Source: Tolypothrix carrinoi HA7290-LM1 (lineage in GTDB: Bacteria; Cyanobacteriota; Cyanobacteriia; Cyanobacteriales; Nostocaceae). From it: a DNA stretch of 59,194 nt. Under the pieces are notes generated by a model. It saw nothing but the letters and a program-made list of their open reading frames with translations, made no database searches and was not told where the DNA came from. Position 1 is the first letter of the stretch, and each line of letters begins with the position of its first letter. Made by a program: the position numbers and the translations under genes. Below, piece by piece: positions 18,655 to 29,710 of this stretch. The DNA lies in contig JAHHIK010000047.1 of the NCBI GenBank assembly GCA_019358935.1, positions 1 through 59,194 on the forward strand, read 5' to 3'.

Positions 18655-20337
18655 ATGCTAATTGATAGCCGTAATTTACCTACAGATGAAGTCATTCAAA
18701 CTGAAGTTTGTATTGTCGGTGCAGGTTCTGCCGGAATTACATTAACGCGAGAATTTATTGGGCAAGATTTTCGAGTTTGTCTATTAGAAAGTGGTGATTT
18801 GGAATTTAATCAAGAAACACAATCTCTCTGTGAAGGTGAAACTATTGCCGATAATTTTCCCGAACTACATGAAATGCGTCGGCGTCAGTATGGTGGATTG
18901 GCTAATGCTTGGGGTATTGAAATATATAACAAGCAAATTGGTCTGAGACATATGCCTTTGGACGAAATAGACTTTGAAAAACGCGATTGGTTGCCATATA
19001 GCGGATGGTCTTTTAATAAATCTCATCTTAATCCTTTCTACGAACGCGCTCAAGCAGTTTGCAAGCTGGGAAATTTTGCTTATGAGGCTGAAGCTTGGTT
19101 AGATAAGAAATCTCCTCAACTACCTTTCAAAAGTGATAATGTAACTACTAGCATGTTTCAGTTTGGAACTCGCGATATTTTTATCAATGAATATCGCGAT
19201 AAAATCAATCGTTCAGCTAATATAACTACTTATCTAAATGCAAATGTTGTAGAAATTGAAACTGACGAAACCGCTAAAACTGTAACTCGTGTCAAAGTAG
19301 CTTCTTTGCAACAAAATAGATTTTGGATAGCAGCAAAAGTATTTATATTAGCGACTGGGGGAATTGAAAATGCCCGGTTATTATTACTATCAAATAAAAC
19401 GCAAAAAAATGGCTTAGGCAATCAAAACGATTTAGTGGGCAGGTTCTTTATGGATCATCCTTTAATTCGTTCGGGTGTGATTGTACCTAATAATCGCAAA
19501 ATTTTTAATTCTACAGCTTTATATGACTTACGCTTGGTAAAGAATATCCCTGTAATGGGAAAAATTACTTTAGCTCAAGAAGTTATGCGTCGGGAAAAAT
19601 TGCTGAATATGAGTGCGTTACTTTTTCCCAGACATAACAAATTTACAACGGCGATTTTTCCGACACATAACGAATTTAGAACAGCGGGAAAAGCTTCTTT
19701 AAAAATCTTGCTTGCCGCAACTCGACGCGGGGAAATACCTGAAGATATTCCTAAACATTTAGCAAATGTAATTAAAGACTTTGATAGTCTTTTTCTTCAA
19801 TGGTATAAGCGTCAATTTCAAAAGCAACTGATGTTTTCTAATTTAAGTCAGGGTGGATGGTCGTACCAAAAAAATAAAGATAAGAAGTTTACAATGTTTG
19901 AAGTGGTCAGTCAAACTGAACAAGCTCCTCATCCTGATAACCGGGTGATGCTTAGTAGTAAACTTGATAAGCTTGGTTGTGCAAAAGCGCAGTTAAATTG
20001 GCGTTGGACTGAAACTGATATTAATAGTATAAAGACTTCGCAAGCAATTTTAGCTATTGAGTTTGCTCGCGCTGGATTGGGTGAATTCCAAATTGCATCA
20101 GATGGAGAACTTCCCCAAGTTCTATCTATCAGCACACATCATCATATGGGCACAACGCGGATGCATGACGATCGCAAACAGGGTGTTGTCGATGCAAATT
20201 GTCAAGTTCACGGTGTCTCGAATTTATTTTTAGCTGGTAGTTCGGTTTTCCCTACAGGCGGCTTTGCTAATCCTACCCTGACTATTGTCGCTTTGGCTGT
20301 GCGGCTGGCGGATTATGTGAAAAGTCGCTGTTTTTAG
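18655..20337 (+). CDS. GMC-family FAD oxidoreductase
   Basis: IVGAGSAG, ATGGIENARLLL, HHMGTTRM, ANPTLTIVALA. Confidence 0.92.
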   Translation: MLIDSRNLPTDEVIQTEVCIVGAGSAGITLTREFIGQDFRVCLLESGDLEFNQETQSLCEGETIADNFPELHEMRRRQYGGLANAWGIEIYNKQIGLRHMPLDEIDFEKRDWLPYSGWSFNKSHLNPFYERAQAVCKLGNFAYEAEAWLDKKSPQLPFKSDNVTTSMFQFGTRDIFINEYRDKINRSANITTYLNANVVEIETDETAKTVTRVKVASLQQNRFWIAAKVFILATGGIENARLLLLSNKTQKNGLGNQNDLVGRFFMDHPLIRSGVIVPNNRKIFNSTALYDLRLVKNIPVMGKITLAQEVMRREKLLNMSALLFPRHNKFTTAIFPTHNEFRTAGKASLKILLAATRRGEIPEDIPKHLANVIKDFDSLFLQWYKRQFQKQLMFSNLSQGGWSYQKNKDKKFTMFEVVSQTEQAPHPDNRVMLSSKLDKLGCAKAQLNWRWTETDINSIKTSQAILAIEFARAGLGEFQIASDGELPQVLSISTHHHMGTTRMHDDRKQGVVDANCQVHGVSNLFLAGSSVFPTGGFANPTLTIVALAVRLADYVKSRCF

Positions 20338-20339
20338 TT

Positions 20340-20460
20340 CCCGACGACTGAAGTAGCGGTTCATCTTGCACACAAACGAAGTCCACCTGCGTGGACTAGG
20401 GAAAATTAAGAATTTTTGAGCCTACGCAGGTAGGCTTTGTTAGTATAGCCTCACCCTACT
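20340..20460. repeat. Double-hairpin dispersed repeat (AGTCCACCTGCGTGGACT / AGCCTACGCAGGTAGGCT)
   Basis: Related half copy at about 28545-28598 (AGCCCACGGAGGTGGGCTTTGTTTGTATAGCC). Confidence 0.7.
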
Positions 20461-20822
20461 GACTAGCGATCGCTTATTCTTTTCTGGTTTTCATACTGCA
20501 TTCATTGTCTCATTTGTCAATGCTAAGTTCCGATATTTTCTGATTAAATCAATAATATTTATATCAAAAGCAATAATCAATATAGATTAGTTATTAATCA
20601 TCTTAACTGTCTCAAAAATTTGCTTAAGTGTCTTAACTGTCCTTGCATTTTCGCTTTGATGCTGAGAATATTTAAATGCATCTATACCAATAGTAAGACA
20701 TGAGCAATTTTCCGAGGGATTTAATGGGTAAACACTAATTATAAACCTGGATAATAATTCTTGCATTTTATAGATAGCATCTGCCAAAAAGTAAATTCTC
20801 AAAACAATCAAAGAGGTAATTT

Positions 20823-21314
20823 ATGAGCAATATTCAAGAAGTACTACCTGCTTCAGAATTTCTGAAAAAGAACTTAGGTATTTCCGAAATTCCCCTTGAA
20901 GCATACCTTAACTATGGATATGCACTGCTGGCTATTGCTGGAGCCGATGGAGAAGTTTCAGAAGCCGAATTTAACTGGTTACTAAATCATCAGCGCATGG
21001 CTGGCGCTCCTGAAGAAGTAATAGAGAAATACAAAACATTTGAATACAAAAATGCTGACTTAGAAAATTTGCTGAGTAAGATTACAGTTGATGTTTCTAC
21101 TTGGTCGAAATCAAGGTCATTGCTGTATCATGCAATTCAAATGTCTCGTGCCGATGACGATTACTCACTTGAAGAGCAAAAAGCTGTAAAAAAAGCAGCT
21201 AAACTGTTGAAGGTTGAAGATGATATTGCGCTTGCTCTCAATAGGTTGGTAGAGACAGAAGAAGCCGTAACTGCATTACGTAAAGCGCTACTACAAACTG
21301 AGGTTTTAGCTTAA
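20823..21314 (+). CDS. TerB-like domain protein
   Basis: AIAGADGEVSEAE and MSRADDDYSLEEQ motifs. Confidence 0.7.
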   Translation: MSNIQEVLPASEFLKKNLGISEIPLEAYLNYGYALLAIAGADGEVSEAEFNWLLNHQRMAGAPEEVIEKYKTFEYKNADLENLLSKITVDVSTWSKSRSLLYHAIQMSRADDDYSLEEQKAVKKAAKLLKVEDDIALALNRLVETEEAVTALRKALLQTEVLA

Positions 21315-21437
21315 TCGAAGAATAAAGGTTTCGGGCTATGGGTTTAAAACGTGATTTAAAAGCCTGAAACCCTCACTGTCTAAAGTATTTAGCTTTTTTA
21401 TCTAGCGAAAATCCTTTTATTTTGGCGAAGGTCTTGA

Positions 21438-21500
21438 ACCGCTAACACAACTGATCAAGATGGTTGGTATCACACAGGTGATATTGTCTATGTTGATGTG
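21438..21500 (+). pseudogene. Remnant of an AMP-dependent (acyl-CoA) ligase gene
   Basis: Translates to TANTTDQDGWYHTGDIVYVD, a core adenylate-forming enzyme motif. Confidence 0.65.
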
Positions 21501-21610
21501 GTTTTCTCAGTTAGTAGCCTCTTTCATTAATTTTTCTGGGCTACCATATCCCCGACTTCTTCAATAAATCGGGGATATAACTACTTTTTTCAGATATTTA
21601 TACTCAAAAG

Positions 21611-23185
21611 ATGAATATACTAATTATCCTGGGTGAAGTCATATTTTTAATACTCATTTTCTCGCTGTTTAACTGGCTAATTGGCATCATCTTCAAGCAA
21701 GTCGCTAAAGTTTCTTGGCTTCAAGCAAGAACTGCAAATCTCACCTTTCTGAAGAGGAGTATCAGCAGACTTTTAATTTTAATTTCTGTGATTCTGTGTC
21801 TTGTGCTGATTGGTGTGAATGGGATGGTGATTTATCGAGGTGGAAACATTCAAGAATTTCAACTTAATCTTATTCGCAGTCTTCCTACTCAATTTTGGCT
21901 CAATCTCTTCACGGCGAGCTTGAAAAGTGTGAGTTTGCTGATGCTAGTTAAATTTAGCATACCACCCTTAAGCCGGGGTATAGATTGGGTCTGTGATTAT
22001 GCAAAGAAAGCCGATCAAATCAAGGCTAATGATGAAAGTACCGAGGCTTTTTTTCAAGTCTTAAAAAGAATTATCATTCATACTCTTTGGATATCATCTG
22101 CTATCCTGTGCGCTAAATTTCTCTACCTACCAGAAGTCGTTCCCAAGTATCTTTATATTGCCTTAAAAATATACATTATTGTCACAGTTGGTTTACTCAT
22201 TGTTAAAGCTGTTGCTACTATCGTTGACACTCTCGACGCGCTGAGTCTTAAATACTCCAGTTCTAACAATCTACTGCGTTTATATGAGCGTTTACGCCAC
22301 TTAATTCCCCTCTTAAAAAAATGTTTGGAATACGTCCTCTATGTTGGCATAATAAATCTTGTTGTTCCAGAAATAGAACCTATCGCTTGGATAAGTGCTT
22401 ATACCCCTAGAATTGTGCAGATTATTGGGGTTTATTTTATTAGCAATGTTTTGATTGAAGTCATTTACTTCATTCTTGATGAGTTCTACTTAAAAACTAC
22501 AGATGTAAATGACTCGCAGCGACAGAAACGGCTAACACTGATTCCCTTAATACGGAGTTTTGCCAAATATTTCGTCTACTTCACTGCCGGAGTTACTATA
22601 CTCAAGCTGATTGGTATTGATCCTGCGCCTATCTTAGCAGGTGCAGGAATTGTGGGTATAGCAGTTGGTCTTGGGGCGCAAAACCTGATTAATGATGTCG
22701 TTTGTGGATTTTTGATTTTGTTTGAAAACTATTACTTGGTAGGTGATTATGTTGAAGTTGGGAAAGTGGAAGAGAGAAATATTGAGGGGATTGTAGAAGC
22801 GATTGAACTGCGAACCACTCACGTCCGCCATCCTGATGGTCAATTGCAGATTGTTCGTAATGGGGATATCGGATCAATTATCAACTACTCCAAGCAGTAT
22901 ATATATGCAAGGGTGGAAGTAAGCGTTTCCTATGACTCCAATTTAGATCATGTGTATAGAGTGGTTGAGAAGGTAGGACAGCAGTTAAAGGTGGATGAAC
23001 AGGATGTTCTAGAACCTACGCGAGTAGCTGGACTAGAAAGTTTTGGGGAGAATAATTTATTGCTGCTGACGCTGACAAAGGTCAAGCCTGGAAAACACAT
23101 TCATATTCAGCGTGTTCTCCGCAAGATATTAAAGGAAACTTTTAGCCAAGAAGAAATTGAGCTTTGTGGTTTTTCCAAGGATTGA
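21611..23185 (+). CDS. MscS-family mechanosensitive channel
   Basis: AGAGIVGIAVGLGAQNLIND, GDYV, GIVEAIELRTT. Confidence 0.9.
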   Translation: MNILIILGEVIFLILIFSLFNWLIGIIFKQVAKVSWLQARTANLTFLKRSISRLLILISVILCLVLIGVNGMVIYRGGNIQEFQLNLIRSLPTQFWLNLFTASLKSVSLLMLVKFSIPPLSRGIDWVCDYAKKADQIKANDESTEAFFQVLKRIIIHTLWISSAILCAKFLYLPEVVPKYLYIALKIYIIVTVGLLIVKAVATIVDTLDALSLKYSSSNNLLRLYERLRHLIPLLKKCLEYVLYVGIINLVVPEIEPIAWISAYTPRIVQIIGVYFISNVLIEVIYFILDEFYLKTTDVNDSQRQKRLTLIPLIRSFAKYFVYFTAGVTILKLIGIDPAPILAGAGIVGIAVGLGAQNLINDVVCGFLILFENYYLVGDYVEVGKVEERNIEGIVEAIELRTTHVRHPDGQLQIVRNGDIGSIINYSKQYIYARVEVSVSYDSNLDHVYRVVEKVGQQLKVDEQDVLEPTRVAGLESFGENNLLLLTLTKVKPGKHIHIQRVLRKILKETFSQEEIELCGFSKD

Positions 23186-23244
23186 TAATATCAAAGTTTT
23201 TTTGGCAAACTAGAATATATGCTTAGTTAATTTTCCATCCTACT

Positions 23245-24393
23245 TTGTCTACTCAAACTTCTAATTCATTATTTACTTTATCGATCGCACCCGCAAAGGT
23301 CATCCGTGGTGCGGGTGCGTTGACTTCTTGCGGTGAAGCAATTTCTCGTTTGGGAAATCGTCCGTTAATTTTAGCAGGCGATCGCACTCTCGCTTTAATT
23401 CAAACTCATTTACAACCAGTTTTACAACAATTGCAGGTTGCTCAAGCATCTTATGGCGCAGATTGTTGTGAAGATAGTTTAAAATCTTTACGCAAAGCGG
23501 CTAAAGAACATCTTGCTGATGTCATTATCGGTGTTGGTGGTGGTAAAGCACTTGATACAGCTAAATTAATCGCGCATCAATTACAGTTACCCGTAGTCAC
23601 AATTCCTACCTCAGCCGCGACCTGTGCCGCTTGGACTGCCCTTTCAAACGTATACTCTGAAAAGGGCGCATTTTTATATGATGTGGCGCTTTCTCAGTGT
23701 CCAGATTTATTGATACTTGATTATGATTTAATTGAAACTGCCCCCCAACGTACTTTAGTAGCGGGAATTGGGGATGCGATCGCTAAATGGTACGAAGCTT
23801 CAGTTAGCAGCGGACACTCAGAACAAACTTTAATTATTTCCGCCGTGCAACAAGCGCGAGTTTTGCGGGATATTCTCTTTCAAAAGTCAGCCGCAGCACT
23901 GCAAACCCCAGGAAGCGACATTTGGCGCGAAGTTGTAGACGCTACCGTTTTACTCGCTGGGGTAATTGGCGGAATTGGTGGGGCACAATGTCGTACTGTT
24001 GCGGCACATGCAGTGCATAATGGTTTAACCCACATTTGCAAACACGATAGTATTCACGGCGAGAAAGTCGCCTACGGTATCTTGGTGCAACTACGTTTAG
24101 AAGAAATGGTACAGGGAAATCAGCTAGCAGCTGCGGCAAGGCAACAGTTGTTGAAATTCTATACAGAAATCGGGTTGCCGCAAAAGTTGGGTGATTTAGG
24201 ATTGGGCAACATCACTTTAGGTGAGTTGCAAACAGCCGCAGAAATTGCTTTAGCCCCTAATTCTGACATCCATCGACTACCATTTAAAGTGGCGTTGGAA
24301 CAGTTGATGGCGGCGATGGTTTCCACCACTGCACCAATAGATACTACAGCTTTGCGGGTATCAATAAGGGGAATTGACGAGGTTCAGGAATGA
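23245..24393 (+). CDS. Iron-containing alcohol/glycerol dehydrogenase (GldA-like)
   Basis: GVGGGKALDTAK, IPTSAATCA, HAVHNGL, HGEKVAYG. Confidence 0.88.
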   Translation: MSTQTSNSLFTLSIAPAKVIRGAGALTSCGEAISRLGNRPLILAGDRTLALIQTHLQPVLQQLQVAQASYGADCCEDSLKSLRKAAKEHLADVIIGVGGGKALDTAKLIAHQLQLPVVTIPTSAATCAAWTALSNVYSEKGAFLYDVALSQCPDLLILDYDLIETAPQRTLVAGIGDAIAKWYEASVSSGHSEQTLIISAVQQARVLRDILFQKSAAALQTPGSDIWREVVDATVLLAGVIGGIGGAQCRTVAAHAVHNGLTHICKHDSIHGEKVAYGILVQLRLEEMVQGNQLAAAARQQLLKFYTEIGLPQKLGDLGLGNITLGELQTAAEIALAPNSDIHRLPFKVALEQLMAAMVSTTAPIDTTALRVSIRGIDEVQE

Positions 24394-25601
24394 GTTTTGA
24401 TTGGATTGTCCCGGCGGAACGTATACAGCAACTACCACCTTACGTATTTGCACGGTTAGATGAACTGAAAGCGAAAGCGCGGGAACAAGGATTAGATTTG
24501 ATTGATTTGGGGATGGGAAACCCCGATGGTGCGACACCGCAACCAGTTGTAGAAGCAGCGATCGCTGCTTTGCAAAATCCCGCCAATCACGGTTATCCAC
24601 CGTTTGAAGGTACTGCTAGCTTTCGTCGCGCCATTACTAATTGGTATCATCGGCGCTATGGTGTGACTCTCGACCCTGATAGCGAAGCTTTGCCGCTACT
24701 TGGTTCTAAAGAGGGATTGACACATTTAGCGATCGCCTATATAAATCCTGGCGATTTAGTTTTGGTACCTTCTCCCGCTTATCCCGCACATTTTCGCGGA
24801 CCTGCGATCGCTGGAGGCAAAGTCCACAGCTTGATTCTCAAACCAGAAAATGACTGGTTGATTGATTTAGCCGCAATTCCCGATGACGTTGCCAAAAGCG
24901 CGAAAATTCTCTACTTCAATTATCCCAGCAATCCCACCGCTGCGACTGCCCCCCGCGAATTCTTTGAGGAAATCGTCGCTTTCGCCCGGAAACACGAAAT
25001 CCTCTTGGTACACGATTTATGTTATGCTGAATTAGCTTTTGATGGCTATCAACCCACAAGTTTATTAGAAATTCCCGGCGCGAAAGAAATCGGTGTAGAA
25101 TTTCACACTCTTTCTAAAACTTATAATATGGCAGGTTGGCGCGTCGGTTTTGTGGTAGGAAATCGCCATGTAATTCAAGGTTTGCGGACTTTGAAAACCA
25201 ATCTTGATTATGGCATTTTTGCCGCTTTGCAAACCGCAGCGGAAACCGCTTTACAATTGCCTGATGTATACTTGCATGAAGTCCAGCAACGCTATCGTAC
25301 CAGACGCGACTTTTTGATTCAAGAGTTAGGAAATTTGGGTTGGGATGTTCCCAAAACCAAAGCGACGATGTATCTGTGGGTTCCGTGTCCCCCTGGTATG
25401 GGTTCAACAGATTTCGCGTTGAATGTCTTACAGCAAACTGGTGTGGTGGTGACACCGGGTAACGCTTTCGGAATTGCCGGTGAAGGATACGTGCGGATAA
25501 GCTTGATTGCGGATTGCGATCGCTTGGGTGAAGCAATGCGACGCTTCCAGCAAGCCGGTATCCGCTATCAGCCAGAAGCCGTTGTCTCTAGTTCACAATA
25601 G
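24390..25601 (+). CDS. PLP-dependent class I/II aminotransferase
   Basis: NYPSNPT, HDLCY, TLSKTYNMAGWRVG. Confidence 0.92.
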   Translation: MSFDWIVPAERIQQLPPYVFARLDELKAKAREQGLDLIDLGMGNPDGATPQPVVEAAIAALQNPANHGYPPFEGTASFRRAITNWYHRRYGVTLDPDSEALPLLGSKEGLTHLAIAYINPGDLVLVPSPAYPAHFRGPAIAGGKVHSLILKPENDWLIDLAAIPDDVAKSAKILYFNYPSNPTAATAPREFFEEIVAFARKHEILLVHDLCYAELAFDGYQPTSLLEIPGAKEIGVEFHTLSKTYNMAGWRVGFVVGNRHVIQGLRTLKTNLDYGIFAALQTAAETALQLPDVYLHEVQQRYRTRRDFLIQELGNLGWDVPKTKATMYLWVPCPPGMGSTDFALNVLQQTGVVVTPGNAFGIAGEGYVRISLIADCDRLGEAMRRFQQAGIRYQPEAVVSSSQ

Positions 25602-25632
25602 AGATAGCGAACTCTTACCAAAACTCAATTTA

Positions 25633-25959
25633 ATGCAAACCTCTAAAGCAACTATTCCGACAAATATAGTTTCTGGCTTTCATGCGCTTTCCGAACCGCT
25701 GAGGATTAGTGTGCTAGAACTGCTGCGACAGCAAGAACTGTGTGTGTGTGACTTGTGCGATGCTTTAGAGGTAAGCCAGTCGAAACTGTCTTTTCACCTC
25801 AAAACTCTCAAAGAAGCGGGTTTGGTTAACTCCCGGCAAGAAGGACGCTGGATTTATTACAGTCTCAACTTGTCTCAATTTCTGATTCTAGAGGAATATT
25901 TAGCAGAGTACCGCCGTTTTAGCCAGTTGTTACCTACTCGTTGCTGTCAAGACACTTGA
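25633..25959 (+). CDS. arsR: ArsR/SmtB metalloregulator
   Basis: ELCVCDLC box, SQSKLSFHLKTL; upstream of acr3-arsH-arsC. Confidence 0.92.
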   Translation: MQTSKATIPTNIVSGFHALSEPLRISVLELLRQQELCVCDLCDALEVSQSKLSFHLKTLKEAGLVNSRQEGRWIYYSLNLSQFLILEEYLAEYRRFSQLLPTRCCQDT

Positions 25960-25965
25960 TAATCT

Positions 25966-26036
25966 ATCAAGTTTTTTTAATGCATATTTATTAGATTACA
26001 CATTTTATCTATTATTCATATCAACTTTTTTTGAAA
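25966..26036. promoter_or_regulatory. Two ArsR operator repeats
   Basis: ATCAAGTTTTTTTAATG (25966-25982) and ATCAACTTTTTTTGAAA (26020-26036) resemble the ATCAAGTTTTTTTGATG site I recall for Synechocystis ArsR. Confidence 0.75.
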
Positions 26037-26079
26037 TGAAGGGTATATACTTTTGATATAACCCACAGGCATGAGGTCA

Positions 26080-26166
26080 ATGAACGCAAATAAATTGGCT
26101 CTCGCGTTTGGGATGCTTGCTTTATTCAGTAGTTGTACAGCAACAACCACCCCATCCTTTAGGTGA
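26080..26166 (+). pseudogene. Truncated lipoprotein gene (signal peptide only), possibly a pstS/sphX remnant
   Basis: GAGG RBS, MNANKLALAFGMLALFSSC (lipobox) TATTTPSFR then stop. Confidence 0.55.
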
Positions 26167-26340
26167 TAAATTCGTTTGCGTCAGTTCTTTATCAAAATAG
26201 AATTTACTCATAAATTTGATGCAAAACAATTACTGGGTAGTCTAAATCCTCCACTAATTGATTCTGACTTCTGACTTCTGAATTCTTATTCAATTTTCTA
26301 ATTTACGATTTATTGCACTAAAGTTATTGAGGTGATTATT

Positions 26341-27417
26341 GTGGAATATGTAGCGAAGAAAACTACTAAAAAACGCCTTTCTTTTCTTGACCGCTTCTTG
26401 ACCTTGTGGATTTTTCTCGCAATGGCTATTGGAGTTGCTTTAGGCTATTTATTCCCTGGAATAGAAGCATTTATTAACCAATTTCAAGTAGGTACAACTA
26501 ACATCCCAATTGCTATTGGCTTAATTTTGATGATGTATCCACCTTTAGCAAAAGTGCGATATGAAGAATTAGGAGATGTATTTCGTAACGGCAAAATTCT
26601 CGGTTTATCGTTATTGCAGAATTGGCTAATTGGTCCGGTTCTCATGTTTATACTTGCCATCGTTTTTCTACGTGATAAACCCGAATATATGGCAGGCTTA
26701 ATCATGATTGGATTAGCCCGTTGTATTGCGATGGTGATTGTGTGGAGTGATTTAGCTAGAGGAGACACTGAATATACAGCCGGATTGGTTGCTTTCAATA
26801 GTATTTTTCAAGTTCTCTTTTACAGTGTTTATGCCTGGTTCTTTCTTTCTGTTTTGCCACCTTTATTTGGCTTAAAAGGAAGTGTTGTTAATGTTAGCAT
26901 TGGAGAAATTGCTACAAGTGTTTTTATATATTTAGGAATTCCCTTTTTGGCTGGCTTTATCACTCGTGTTCTTTTAGTGAAAGCTAAAGGGAAGCCGTGG
27001 TATCACAATGAATTTATTCCAAAAATTAGTTTAATTACATTGATTGCCTTGTTATTTACCATCGTGGTGATGTTTAGTTTAAAGGGCAATTTAATTGTTC
27101 AAATTCCTATGGATGTTGTCCGAATTGCGATTCCGTTAATCGTCTACTTCGTGCTAATGTTCTTAACTAGTTTTTACATGGCATGGAGAATCAAAGCCGA
27201 TTATGCGAAAGCTGCGAGTTTGGCATTTACGGCAGCTGGCAATAATTTTGAGTTAGCGATCGCTGTTGCAATTGCCGTGTTTGGAATTAACTCCGGTGCT
27301 GCCTTTGCCGCTGTAATTGGACCCTTGGTAGAGGTTCCAGTCTTAATTGGTTTAGTAAGTGTAGCTTTCTGGATAAAAAGGCGATTTTTCCAAGCATCGT
27401 CATCAGCAGCCTTGTAG
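26341..27417 (+). CDS. acr3: ACR3-family arsenite efflux transporter
   Basis: [45 protein letters not shown]. Confidence 0.95.
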   Translation: MEYVAKKTTKKRLSFLDRFLTLWIFLAMAIGVALGYLFPGIEAFINQFQVGTTNIPIAIGLILMMYPPLAKVRYEELGDVFRNGKILGLSLLQNWLIGPVLMFILAIVFLRDKPEYMAGLIMIGLARCIAMVIVWSDLARGDTEYTAGLVAFNSIFQVLFYSVYAWFFLSVLPPLFGLKGSVVNVSIGEIATSVFIYLGIPFLAGFITRVLLVKAKGKPWYHNEFIPKISLITLIALLFTIVVMFSLKGNLIVQIPMDVVRIAIPLIVYFVLMFLTSFYMAWRIKADYAKAASLAFTAAGNNFELAIAVAIAVFGINSGAAFAAVIGPLVEVPVLIGLVSVAFWIKRRFFQASSSAAL

Positions 27418-27437
27418 TTAAATAATTTTTCTTGCAA

Positions 27438-28073
27438 ATGACAACGTTTAATCACAAACCCAGAATATTGTTTTTATATGGCTCTTTGCGAGAGCGTTCT
27501 TATAGCCGTTTGTTAGCGGAAGAAGCTGCAAGAATTATTGAGGGATTTGGTGCTGAGGTGAAATTTTTTGACCCTCGCGAATTACCAATTCACAACAGTG
27601 TGCCAGAAACTCATTATAAGGTACAAGAATTACGAGAATTGAGTTTGTGGTCTGAGGGTCAAGTTTGGTCTTCACCAGAAATGCACGGTAATATTACTGG
27701 GATTATGAAAAACCAAATTGACTGGATTCCTCTGAGTATAGGTGCAGTTAGACCGACTCAAGGCAGAACTTTGGCAGTGATGCAAGTCAGCGGTGGTTCT
27801 CAGTCTTTCAACGCTGTAAATACGATGCGGATTTTGGGACGTTGGATGCGGATGTTTACGATTCCGAATCAATCTTCAGTGGCGAAAGCTTATCAAGAGT
27901 TTCACGACGATGGCACGATGAAAGATTCAGCTTACCGCGATCGCGTAATCGATGTGATGGAAGAACTTTATAAATTCACGTTGCTTTTACGCGACCAAGT
28001 TGATTATCTCACAGACCGTTACAGCGAACGTAAGGAAAAAGCAACGCTACAAGTTAATGCGAATCGAAGCTAA
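27438..28073 (+). CDS. arsH: ArsH NADPH-dependent FMN oxidoreductase
   Basis: [35 protein letters not shown]. Confidence 0.95.
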   Translation: MTTFNHKPRILFLYGSLRERSYSRLLAEEAARIIEGFGAEVKFFDPRELPIHNSVPETHYKVQELRELSLWSEGQVWSSPEMHGNITGIMKNQIDWIPLSIGAVRPTQGRTLAVMQVSGGSQSFNAVNTMRILGRWMRMFTIPNQSSVAKAYQEFHDDGTMKDSAYRDRVIDVMEELYKFTLLLRDQVDYLTDRYSERKEKATLQVNANRS

Positions 28074-28114
28074 TAAAAGTTTCACTAATCAACTTAGCAA
28101 TAAATAACAACATC

Positions 28115-28510
28115 ATGAAACGAGTAATGTTTGTTTGCAAAAAAAATTCTCGCCGTTCCCAAATGGCTGAGGGATTTGCACGCATTTTAGGAGAAGGCAA
28201 AATTTCTGTTAATAGTTCGGGTTTGTCAGCGAGTCATGTAGACCCGAAAACGATTGATATAATGTCAGAAATTAATATTGATATTAGCAATCAAACTTCT
28301 AAGCCTTTAAGCGATTTTCATCCGGAAGATTTTGATGCGGTAATTTCTTTGTGTGGTTGTGGTGTTAATTTACCCGAAGCGTGGGTATTAAGAGAAGTTT
28401 TTCAAGATTGGCAATTAGACGATCCAGAAGGACAACCAATTGAAACTTTTCGCCGCGTTCGTGATGAAGTGAAACAGCGGGTAATAAAGTTGATAGAATC
28501 CCTAAATTAA
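28115..28510 (+). CDS. arsC: Arsenate reductase (LMW-PTP fold, cyanobacterial type)
   Basis: FVCKKNSRRSQMAEG, SLCGCG, DWQLDDP. Confidence 0.92.
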   Translation: MKRVMFVCKKNSRRSQMAEGFARILGEGKISVNSSGLSASHVDPKTIDIMSEINIDISNQTSKPLSDFHPEDFDAVISLCGCGVNLPEAWVLREVFQDWQLDDPEGQPIETFRRVRDEVKQRVIKLIESLN

Positions 28511-28689
28511 GTAGTTTTCTGTAATACCAACTTTCCTTATTCTTTAGCCCACGGAGGTGGGCTTTGTTTGTATAGCCGCGACTTATAGTCGCCAGGGCAT
28601 TAGTTTTCTATCTATAGTATGATGTCATTTTTCAGCGGATAAAGCTACAATTTTAGACTAAGCCAAATTTTGTGATTTTCTGAGGTGTT

Positions 28690-29709
28690 GTGGTTAATCA
28701 AACTTCTGAAAACCTTTTAAACCCTCACATTGAAAAACTATCGACTAAGGGTTACAAATTCACCTGGTTTGATTGGTTTTGTCTGTGGTATCCTCCAGCT
28801 TGGCTGATTTTATTTAACCGTCACTGGCAACATTATCACGCCGATCCAGATGGTTGGAATTGGCTAGAGTATTTATTATTTTTAATTCCGGGTGGATTTT
28901 ATCTCGCGGTATTAATTCGCTGGTTACGTCTTGGATGTCGTTTACCGCGTCGTGAAGTTGATGAATTTGAACCAAAATATCAACTAGCTTTTAGAGAAGA
29001 AATTCTCAGTTTAATTGTTAAAAATTATTTTCAAGCAGAATTACAACAACTTGAGAACTTGCCGCAAACAGGACCGATGATTGTGGCAATGAATCATGCA
29101 GGGATGTCTTTTCCGTGGGACTTTTTAAGTTTAGGTTATTTATTAAGTAAAACACGCGAATGGGTAGTGCAACCGATAGCGAATGTATCCTTATTTGAGC
29201 ATCCTTGGATGATTTGGTGGTTGCCGGTTGGATGGTCACAAGTGTTAGGTGGTGTGAAAGCCCAAAAAGATGACTTTGAAGCGGCGGTAAAAGAGCGTAA
29301 AATTATTTTATATGCACCAGAAGGTGTACGCGGACCTCAGAAAGGTTGGGCAAAGCGCTATCAGTTGCAAAAATTTGATTTGAGTTTTATTCAGTTAAGC
29401 GATCGCTATCAAATTCCGATTCTCCCAGTTGTATGTATTGGTAGCGAAAATTTACATCCTTTCGCTGTAAATTTCCGCAAATTGCAGAGATTAGTAAAAT
29501 TACCATTTTTGCCTTTATCTCCTTTGATGTTCGTCTTTCTTCTCTTTCCTTCAATGGGAGTTTGGGCGAATAAAACTGATTTGCGTTACTTTATTCAGCC
29601 GTTGTATACTACGGAAATTGACGGCGATAAAGTAAGTAGAACTGTGGTTTATCAAAAAGCACAACAATTGCGAGAAAAGCTGCAAAGTCAAATTAATCAA
29701 CTTCGGTAG
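28690..29709 (+). CDS. PlsC/DGAT-like acyltransferase
   Basis: AMNHAGMSFPWD and YAPEG motifs. Confidence 0.8.
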   Translation: MVNQTSENLLNPHIEKLSTKGYKFTWFDWFCLWYPPAWLILFNRHWQHYHADPDGWNWLEYLLFLIPGGFYLAVLIRWLRLGCRLPRREVDEFEPKYQLAFREEILSLIVKNYFQAELQQLENLPQTGPMIVAMNHAGMSFPWDFLSLGYLLSKTREWVVQPIANVSLFEHPWMIWWLPVGWSQVLGGVKAQKDDFEAAVKERKIILYAPEGVRGPQKGWAKRYQLQKFDLSFIQLSDRYQIPILPVVCIGSENLHPFAVNFRKLQRLVKLPFLPLSPLMFVFLLFPSMGVWANKTDLRYFIQPLYTTEIDGDKVSRTVVYQKAQQLREKLQSQINQLR

Positions 29710-29710
29710 G

